Shown: positions 56,002 to 62,775 of the stretch, in pieces
Layout: the number at the start of each line of letters is the position of its first letter
Numbering within the stretch: position 1 is the stretch's first letter
DNA from: a virus
Lineage: Duplodnaviria > Caudoviricetes
Virus record (IMG/VR): IMGVR_UViG_3300046782_000740
Location: 1-62,775 of that record
Strand: one strand, 5' to 3'
Length of the DNA: 62,775 nucleotides
Translations under genes and position numbers: made by a program
The notes under the pieces: model-generated
The model's input: only the letters and a program-made list of their open reading frames with translations
Database searches by the model: none
What the model was told of the DNA's origin: nothing

Positions 56002-57221
56002 GACTGGCTGGACCCCACCTCACCCCGGAACAGCCAGGCGTTGCGCGTGCGGGAGTAGCCCTCGATGCCGTACCAGCCGAACGTCAGGAACCGACCGAGT
56101 CGGTCGAACGGACCCGTCACGACGGTTTCGCCGTACGGTCCGGTCCAGTCGGAACTGGCCTTGGTCACGCTGTTGGGGCCGAAGACAGGCACGGGGAACA
56201 CACTGTTGGCGTTGTTCACGACGGCGCCAGAGGCATGCGCGAAGCGCAGCCCAGCCGCGTCGCCAGGACCGGGATCGAGCGCGAAGCCCGTGACCGTGGT
56301 GCCAGCCACGCCGGTAACCATGAACAACTCGTTCGAGTCACTCCACGTGTTGCCAGGCTCGGCGGCGTCCTGAATCGCCAGCCACTGGCCGATGGCGATG
56401 TTGGTGCCGAGCGCGACGCTGAGCGTGGTGTCACCGGGGTTGGCAGCCGACGCGAGCGTGGTCGCTACCGCGCTGGTGGCTGCAGCGCCTGCGCCCCAGA
56501 AGCCCTTGGCGTTGGCCGTCACGACCATGCGCAGGCCAGCCCAGTAGGCAAGCTCGCCGTTGAACAGGATCTCCGGGTGGGAGTACAGCGCCATCGTGCG
56601 CAGCCCGCCGTTGGTCGGATCCTGCATCAGGTCGTAGAAGACGAACGGGTGGATGGCCGTGCACACGGCACCGTCCTCGTACAGCGGCATCTTGGCCGAG
56701 CGCGCGGCGACCAGGCTGAGCAACTCGATGAACCTGATGGTCATCTGATCAGCGGTCTGCGTCTGCCCAGCGAACTGCACCCTGGCGTTGTGCTTGTTCT
56801 GGAACCATACCCGGGAGCCCTGCCCGAAGACGGCCCGCGCGATGTAGTCGTAGCTCTCTGCCAGGTTGTAGCCGTTGATGTACGCGGCCTGCTTGTACAC
56901 GTCGGCGTACGCCGTGGCGACGAGGAACTTGGTGACCTCAATCGCGTTGCCGTACTCGCTGAGCGTGACGACGACCTCGGAGCCGCGCATCTGCTGCGGC
57001 GCCACGTCGATCAACTCGTCGAGCACAGTGGGGTTCGGCTGCAGTGATTCGATGATCGGGAAGTTCTGGCTGATGCCGCGCTGCCCGTTCATGATCGGGC
57101 CCTTCAGGTCGCAGAACTGGTCCCAGTACAGGACGCTCTGGCCCTGGATATAGAAGTCGGCGTCATACATCGCCTTGACTTCCGGGGCCAGGGCGACGGT
57201 GCCGGTCGTACCTTGTGGCAT
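55998..57221 (-). CDS. Major capsid protein (N4-gp56-like, HK97 fold) with an inserted beta domain
   Basis: VTLSEYGNAI.VT, IHPFVFYDL..DP, GELAYWAGLRMVVT, GPFDRLGRF.TFGWY. Confidence 0.9.
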   Translation of the reverse strand: MPQGTTGTVALAPEVKAMYDADFYIQGQSVLYWDQFCDLKGPIMNGQRGISQNFPIIESLQPNPTVLDELIDVAPQQMRGSEVVVTLSEYGNAIEVTKFLVATAYADVYKQAAYINGYNLAESYDYIARAVFGQGSRVWFQNKHNARVQFAGQTQTADQMTIRFIELLSLVAARSAKMPLYEDGAVCTAIHPFVFYDLMQDPTNGGLRTMALYSHPEILFNGELAYWAGLRMVVTANAKGFWGAGAAATSAVATTLASAANPGDTTLSVALGTNIAIGQWLAIQDAAEPGNTWSDSNELFMVTGVAGTTVTGFALDPGPGDAAGLRFAHASGAVVNNANSVFPVPVFGPNSVTKASSDWTGPYGETVVTGPFDRLGRFLTFGWYGIEGYSRTRNAWLFRGEVGSSQS

Positions 57222-57224
57222 GGT

Positions 57225-57353
57225 CTAACCCTTCTTCTTCACTTTTTTGTTCTGGGAGGACCAGGGCTTACCCTTGCCCCTCCCCACCGGTGGTTTGCCG
57301 TAGCTGGGCTTGACCTGTGCCGACAGTGCCTGGGTTCCAGTCGTGCCTGGCAT
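57225..57353 (-). CDS. Small protein (42 aa) copying the capsid N-terminus, with a Lys-rich tail
   Basis: Hand-translated MPGTTGTQALSAQVKPSYGKPPVGRGKGKPWSSQNKKVKKKG; TAATG coupling to the scaffold gene. Confidence 0.65.
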   Translation of the reverse strand: MPGTTGTQALSAQVKPSYGKPPVGRGKGKPWSSQNKKVKKKG

Positions 57354-58234
57354 TACCCCATCGAATCCCGCAGTTGCTGCAGGCGTTGAATGTTGGCCTT
57401 GGGCCCGAGCTTCGAGCTGTACGTCTGAGCCGCGCTGCGCACGTCTGCCTCGCTGGCAGCTTTGGTGCGCCGTGACCCCGAAGCGGCGGGGCGCGCCGCG
57501 CTGGGTGCGTTCACGCCCAGCTTTTCACGCTCCTCTTGCCGGATGCGATCTCGCATCTGCTCCGAGGTCTCTGGTTTCTTGGCTGCCATAGTGCCTCCGT
57601 TCTGGCTGGCTGTGCGCGCCTGTGTCATCACTGCCCTGGTGAATGCGTCTTCTGTGTTCCAGTCGTCATCGGCGACCTGATCGAGATTGGGGCGAACGCC
57701 GTACGCGCGCTCGGCCTCGTCGACGATCTGCTTGACGCGCTGCTCCATGTAGGCCCGACGCTCGTCGTCGGTCGCACCACTGGAGGGTTGGGACACAGGT
57801 GGTTGGGCTGCCGGGGGGGTCGGTTGATACGCCGGTTGTGCCTGCGGCGCAGCGGTCCGTATCTCGGTGATCTGCCCCTGGAGTAATTCGATCTGGCGCT
57901 GCAGTCGATCAGCGGGGGGGAGGCGTTCCAGTTCAGCCTTGATCTGTGCCTGGCGTTGCTCGGCGTCGCGCTTGTCCCGCTCGCCCAGGTTGGCCGTCAG
58001 CAGCCTGGTGGCTGCCTCTAGCTCGGCGAGCTTGGTGGTTTGCGCGGCCAGCGCGTTCTGCGCTAGCTGTGCCTGGCGACGTGCTTCGGCGGCTTCGCGG
58101 CCCTGTTGGGTCAGGCGTCGCTGGATCTCTCGCTCTCGGGCTTCCGCTTCCGTCTCCGGCCCGGCGTCCTGCGCAGGGGGAGCTTGCCCTGCGGAGACTG
58201 ATTCGTCGGGTGCGTTGTCGGCGGGCATTGTCAT
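57353..58234 (-). CDS. Capsid scaffolding protein (293 aa)
   Basis: Coiled-coil protein just upstream of the capsid gene. Confidence 0.75.
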   Translation of the reverse strand: MTMPADNAPDESVSAGQAPPAQDAGPETEAEAREREIQRRLTQQGREAAEARRQAQLAQNALAAQTTKLAELEAATRLLTANLGERDKRDAEQRQAQIKAELERLPPADRLQRQIELLQGQITEIRTAAPQAQPAYQPTPPAAQPPVSQPSSGATDDERRAYMEQRVKQIVDEAERAYGVRPNLDQVADDDWNTEDAFTRAVMTQARTASQNGGTMAAKKPETSEQMRDRIRQEEREKLGVNAPSAARPAASGSRRTKAASEADVRSAAQTYSSKLGPKANIQRLQQLRDSMG

Positions 58235-58238
58235 GGGA

Positions 58239-58427
58239 TCAGCCGGGGTGCTTACCCTGTGCCACGGACGGGCCAGAGTAGCCCTTCTTGTTGGTCAGCC
58301 CCTCTTTGGTGCCGATCATCGAATCGGGCACGGGGCCTGCGGCGTAGCCGTCCTTCTTGAACTCGGCGTTGGTGCCGCTGCTCTTGCCGCTGACCTTCTG
58401 GTGCTTGGCGTTGATGGTGTCTGCCAC
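58239..58427 (-). CDS. Small basic protein (62 aa)
   Basis: GAGGAG RBS; packed between neighbours. Confidence 0.6.
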   Translation of the reverse strand: MADTINAKHQKVSGKSSGTNAEFKKDGYAAGPVPDSMIGTKEGLTNKKGYSGPSVAQGKHPG

Positions 58428-58439
58428 GACATCTCCTCT

Positions 58440-58616
58440 CTACGTTGGGTGCGAGCCGACTTTACCCTGCCGCTCGGCGCGCATGCTGTCGCCCTTGGCC
58501 TCGCTGGGCCTGCTCTTGTCCCCCCAGCGTTGAAGGGGGACCGGCCCAGACTCGATCTTGAGTTGGCCCGTGTATTTCTTTGCCGGTGCGGCAAGGTCGC
58601 CGTTCGTTGCTGCCAT
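58440..58616 (-). CDS. Small basic protein (58 aa, MAATNGDL...)
   Basis: AGGAGG RBS; starts 2 nt after the giant gene's stop. Confidence 0.6.
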   Translation of the reverse strand: MAATNGDLAAPAKKYTGQLKIESGPVPLQRWGDKSRPSEAKGDSMRAERQGKVGSHPT

Positions 58617-58618
58617 CG

Positions 58619-61600
58619 CTAACCTCCTGCCGAGGATACCGCTTGCTGCGGATTGGGGTCTATGTCGCCCAGCACGTAGTGGTTGTTCTTGTAGGTGTTG
58701 ATGTAGTTGATGTACCCCGCCAGCGAGGACGACCGGGACTCCATCTTGCCCGTCGGCCCGAGCGCGCTGTAGGTGATGGGCTTGCCGCCGCCCGCCTCGG
58801 GGATGCCGTACGTCCAGCGCTCTTCCGGGGTCAGTCCCGCCCACACCCGCATGGCGGTGTTGCGATTCTTTGCCTCGCGTGGATCGGGGTTATCGTGCCA
58901 CATGTCGAGCGTGCCTGCCTGGTACTGCTCCCACTGCTTGTCGGTCAGGTTGGCGCCGTCCCCGAACCAGCGGTAGTAGTCGTCCTTATTGGGCGAGTTG
59001 AACACGCTCCGGTAGCGGTACGCCGTGGCACGCTGCTTGTCCTCGAACAGGCCGGTCAGTTCAGGGTCGACCTTGCCGTCCTTCATGTAGAAGCCCTTGC
59101 CGTCCTTCTGCACGAACTCGAACCGGTTGCGCGCCGCGCTGAGCTTCTTGTCGTATTCCTGCCACTCGGCGGGGCCGTCCTTCGGCGAGCCGTCGGCGTT
59201 CTGGTACGGGTAGTAGCGCGAGTCGGACAGCACGTCCAGCGCGCGCGAGCGGCTCAGCCCAGCAGGTGTGGTGTCGGCCATCGGCAGGTTACGCAGCTTG
59301 ATGCGCTGCGCCAAATCCTTCGGATCCAGCCCCAACTCCTGCGCCGTGGCCATCACGTATTCCTGGCGCAACCTAGCGGCGGTACCCGGGTCGGTGATCG
59401 GCTGGTTGTTCTGGCTCAAGCCCTTGTCCTGCCAGCCCTGGACGATGTCGTCCAACTGCGACGAGGTGACTCCGGTCAGCGGCGGCGGGGTCTTATTGGG
59501 CAGATCGTACAGGTTGGCCTTGACGTAGTCCTGCATCACCGCAGGGTCGATGCCCCACGTCTTGGCGTAGTCCTCGGTCCACTGTGCGCGCAGGCCCTGC
59601 AGTTCCTTGCTCGATGTGGATCCTGGCGGGTTGTGGATGACGTCGCGCAGCGTGTCGCCCAGTCCAGACTCGGCGAACGATGCGCCCATACCCTGCCCGA
59701 AGTCGATGGGCTTCGGGCTCGTGCGCGTTAGCCGATCCACGGCGCTCGGGTCTTTATTCCACGCCTTGTTGAACAGGTCGGCGGGGTCGATGTCGGTACG
59801 TCCTGTCAGGTCGACCGGGTCGTTGCCGCCCGAGACGATGTCGTACGACAGCATCTCCTTGAGTTGCCGCTGTAGCTCGTCCTTCTCAGGACCGTCAGGC
59901 AGATTGCGCTTGTCGATCAGCCCCTGCAGATCCTTCTTCTGCGTGGGCCGCTGTGCGGCCAGCGCGGCGATCTGGTTGTTCCGGTCGCGCGGCGTCATGT
60001 CGCTGCCGTCGTCGTTCTTTTTGGCGCCCGACTGGATAGCCTCGATCTTCTGGTCGATGGCCTGGCTCTGCGCGCGCGAGTCGGCGCGCAGGTTGGCCCA
60101 GTCCTGCGTGTTCTTCTTGTTCTCGTTGACGAACTGGTCCTGCCACTGGAAGAACTTGGTCGTCTCGTCCTCGCGCTTGGTGCGCATACCGGTCGCCGCG
60201 CTGAAGAGCGCCACGGGCCACGGGTCGCCTTTGGCGACGTCCTTCAGACCCTCACCGGTACCCGTCGGCTGCATGTGGTTGGTGATCATCCACACGCGGT
60301 TGATGGCGCGCTGCACCTCGTTGTCGTCAGCCTGGTCGATGGGGCGCCCAGCGAAGTCGTAGTTGGCCCTGACCTCACCCGCCGTGCTGGCCAGCCAGCC
60401 TGCCCGCGAGGAGATGAAGCGACCCACCGAACCGGCTGGATCTGGCGGCGGGATCTGGCCCCACTTGCCAGCGACCTCGTCGTGCAGCGGCAGCTTGTTC
60501 AGGTCGTAGCCCGACGCCGTGTACGCGCCTGCGGTGGCCGCGCGGGCAGTCTCCTGCACAGGTTCGATCATGCTCCTGAACGGCCCCAGGATGTCCCAGT
60601 ACGGCGTGTAGCTCTGACCCGTCTTGGGGTCGGTATGGTCCCAGCCCATCATGTCGTAGAACCGACCGGCGTTCACCTGCAGCGTGGCGTCTGGATCGTT
60701 CTGCCACGAGAACTGCCCGCCGAAAGCCAGGTTCATACCCTCCAGCACAACCGCGTGCTGGACCAGCGCATTGCTCCAGTATTTGCGCGCCATGTCGCCC
60801 TGCGGCGCGTCCTTGCCCCAGTTGAACAGTGCGTTGCCCGCCAGGCGCGCGAAGCCTTCCTGCCAGTCAGGCGCCAGCGCCGCCATGCTCGCCGCGTTCT
60901 GGACGGAGCGCGAGCGTGCGATGGCCAGCAGGTTCTGCCCGCCGAAGACGCTGTTGACAAAACTCGCCGCGTCGCGCCCGCCGAACTCCGGGGCGTACAT
61001 CTCGTACGTGGTCAGCTTCAGGGCGGGGATCCAGCGGTCCCACATAGCATGCGAGAGGTGCTCGACCAGCGAGCGTCGCTCGGGGCTGAGCGCGTCCAGC
61101 TTGATCACTGGAGAGCCTGCGGCGCCGCTGATGATCCCCGTGGCCAGCGCGGTCTTGAGCGCGTCCTCGTTGGTCTCGCCCGAGTTGAGCGCGGTCTGGT
61201 AGCCCGCCACCGAGCCGATGCCCGCGTTCATTGCCGCCAGACCCCAGCGCTGCGGCAGGTTCAGGTTGTCCATCCGGTCGGCCACGACGTTGAGTGTCAG
61301 ACCGTCCTTCTCGGCCTGCCGAGCAAGAGGCCCGTTGGTGGTCATGAACTGGCGGAAGCCGCCAGGGAATGTTGTCTGCCACATGATCTTGCCCAGGTTC
61401 ACGGGCGCCTCAGCGCCCTGCGTGGCAAACGTCTGGCGCACCTCGTTGAGCAGGTGGAACGCCGAGCCCGACAGGGTGTTGTGCTTGAAGATGCTGTTGA
61501 TGTTGCGCGACTGCCGCAGCAGCGCGCTGTCCCAGATGCTGTCCCCAGACCCGGCGTAGTTCTTGAGCACAGTGGCTAGCTCGGGGGAGATGTGCACGTC

Positions 61601-62775
61601 GTCCAGATTGCCGAAGCCCTGGAAACCCTCCAGGCTGTTGAGCGGGATCATGCCCTCGGGTACCTGCCGCCCGCGCGCCCTGACCACGTCGGCGCCGCTC
61701 AGGATGTCGCTGCCCTTGCTGCCTGGGCTGACCAGATCCATCAGGTTGCCGAGGAGTTCCGGTCGGTTGACCGACGCCTCCTGTGCCAGCTTGTCGACGA
61801 ACGCCTGGTTCGAGGCCGACTGGATGGCGCGCGTGTAGTAGTTGCCCAGCACCGTGGGCAGATCGTCCACGTACTGCGCGCCGTTGGCCTGGCCCTCGAT
61901 CATCGTGCGGTAGTCGCGGCTCTTGTTGTAGGTGCTGAACGGGTTGCGGTTGAACCGCCCGCCGCCACCGGGTCGCTTGCCTTCTTCGGCCCCCCTGGTG
62001 GTCGCCGCCGCCCACTCCTTGTCGAGCACGTGGGGCACGTACATCTTGGCCTGGCCCGCGCCTTCGAGGCCCAGCGGATCCTTGACGATGTCGTATTTGC
62101 GCGCCCACTCAGAGACGGCCTGCCAGCGGTCGAAGGCTGCCTGTGCTCCAGGCAGATCCTTTACCCGGTTCGGCAGTCGACCCAGCATCTCCATCTCTGC
62201 CGCCAGGTCGGCGTTGGCCAGGTCGCCGAAGACGCTGCGCCACTGATCGGCCAGTTGTTCGCCGGCGTTCTGCGACATCGCGTGGTTCCCGACCAGCGCC
62301 GCGTACGCATCCCTGGCGGGCTTGCTGAGCTTCGTGGCGGGGGCCAGCAGTTCCTGCCCCGCCTCGATGGCAGCTTTGCCGACGGTCTTGCTGATGCCCG
62401 TGGCGATGTACGGCGCGCCTATCCCCAGCGCGAAGCCGAGCATGCCTTTGGTGACGGCCTTGCCGTAGTGGTTCGGGTCGTTCTCGTCGCCGTATGCCAG
62501 TTCCGAGCCGCCCGCCAGCGCTCCCGTGGCCAGCCCGCCAGCGGTGCGCTTGACGATACCCGGTGCTCCAGCCGCTGCCTCGGCAGCAGAGGCGATGGCG
62601 TCGTGCAGGACGCCAGCCTTCTCGGCAGGGATCGACGCCACGCGCTTGGCCATGTCCATCGTGGATGCGGCGCTGGTTTTCGCCTGCGCCGCGTCGGCGG
62701 CAGCCTTGGCCGAGTCGCTCGCCCACCACGGCTGACGGGCGAAGAAGACGTCGTCGGGCATAGCCCTGCCTGCCA
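58619..62775 (-). CDS. C-terminal 1380+ aa of the giant ejection protein that starts at 4007
   Basis: The frame is continuous across the terminal repeat; helical, with hydrophobic segments and a YVPH motif like large internal virion proteins. Confidence 0.9.
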   Translation of the reverse strand, partial: AGRAMPDDVFFARQPWWASDSAKAAADAAQAKTSAASTMDMAKRVASIPAEKAGVLHDAIASAAEAAAGAPGIVKRTAGGLATGALAGGSELAYGDENDPNHYGKAVTKGMLGFALGIGAPYIATGISKTVGKAAIEAGQELLAPATKLSKPARDAYAALVGNHAMSQNAGEQLADQWRSVFGDLANADLAAEMEMLGRLPNRVKDLPGAQAAFDRWQAVSEWARKYDIVKDPLGLEGAGQAKMYVPHVLDKEWAAATTRGAEEGKRPGGGGRFNRNPFSTYNKSRDYRTMIEGQANGAQYVDDLPTVLGNYYTRAIQSASNQAFVDKLAQEASVNRPELLGNLMDLVSPGSKGSDILSGADVVRARGRQVPEGMIPLNSLEGFQGFGNLDDVHISPELATVLKNYAGSGDSIWDSALLRQSRNINSIFKHNTLSGSAFHLLNEVRQTFATQGAEAPVNLGKIMWQTTFPGGFRQFMTTNGPLARQAEKDGLTLNVVADRMDNLNLPQRWGLAAMNAGIGSVAGYQTALNSGETNEDALKTALATGIISGAAGSPVIKLDALSPERRSLVEHLSHAMWDRWIPALKLTTYEMYAPEFGGRDAASFVNSVFGGQNLLAIARSRSVQNAASMAALAPDWQEGFARLAGNALFNWGKDAPQGDMARKYWSNALVQHAVVLEGMNLAFGGQFSWQNDPDATLQVNAGRFYDMMGWDHTDPKTGQSYTPYWDILGPFRSMIEPVQETARAATAGAYTASGYDLNKLPLHDEVAGKWGQIPPPDPAGSVGRFISSRAGWLASTAGEVRANYDFAGRPIDQADDNEVQRAINRVWMITNHMQPTGTGEGLKDVAKGDPWPVALFSAATGMRTKREDETTKFFQWQDQFVNENKKNTQDWANLRADSRAQSQAIDQKIEAIQSGAKKNDDGSDMTPRDRNNQIAALAAQRPTQKKDLQGLIDKRNLPDGPEKDELQRQLKEMLSYDIVSGGNDPVDLTGRTDIDPADLFNKAWNKDPSAVDRLTRTSPKPIDFGQGMGASFAESGLGDTLRDVIHNPPGSTSSKELQGLRAQWTEDYAKTWGIDPAVMQDYVKANLYDLPNKTPPPLTGVTSSQLDDIVQGWQDKGLSQNNQPITDPGTAARLRQEYVMATAQELGLDPKDLAQRIKLRNLPMADTTPAGLSRSRALDVLSDSRYYPYQNADGSPKDGPAEWQEYDKKLSAARNRFEFVQKDGKGFYMKDGKVDPELTGLFEDKQRATAYRYRSVFNSPNKDDYYRWFGDGANLTDKQWEQYQAGTLDMWHDNPDPREAKNRNTAMRVWAGLTPEERWTYGIPEAGGGKPITYSALGPTGKMESRSSSLAGYINYINTYKNNHYVLGDIDPNPQQAVSSAGG
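62568..62775. repeat. Terminal direct repeat (copy 2)
   Basis: Matches 1-208 with one mismatch. Confidence 0.97.

Overview
The window is an essentially complete, circularly assembled dsDNA phage genome of about 62,567 bp (bases 1-208 recur at 62568-62775 with one mismatch). It is GC-rich and has a podovirus-like layout. The minus strand carries one long late operon: putative TerS, small basic proteins, a collagen fibre, a lysis-like cassette, TerL, portal, two giant ejection-type proteins with peptidoglycan-hydrolase domains (the second, about 2651 aa, spans the junction), scaffold, N4-gp56-type capsid, tail tube/nozzle and three fibres. The plus strand carries early and replication genes: DUF932, MazG-like, Rpf, UvrD, HNH, SNF2, UDG-PolA, PD-(D/E)XK nuclease, Sak4-like ATPase, SSB and VRR-NUC; prim-pol and an HTH gene in this block are on the minus strand. 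I see no integrase, tRNA or CRISPR array. The host is probably a monoderm high-GC bacterium (Actinomycetota or Chloroflexota; inference). The main finding is that the 'empty' ~1 kb at 21574-22598 is a degenerate, deletion-riddled reverse complement of the entire four-gene operon at 22627-23829, including its promoter and RBS. One strand can therefore fold into a ~2.25 kb branched rod with a two-hairpin apex. Mismatches are biased to G.T on the minus (template) strand. The first gene of the operon ends in an SSB-type DLPF tail, and a hairpin carrying DnaA boxes in its stem lies next to it. Together these suggest a single-stranded-DNA transcription and priming module. The second finding is about 12 copies of a phi-G-[AGS]-G-x-[DE] motif punctuating the two giant virion proteins, possibly protease cleavage sites. 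All family assignments are by eye; no searches were run.
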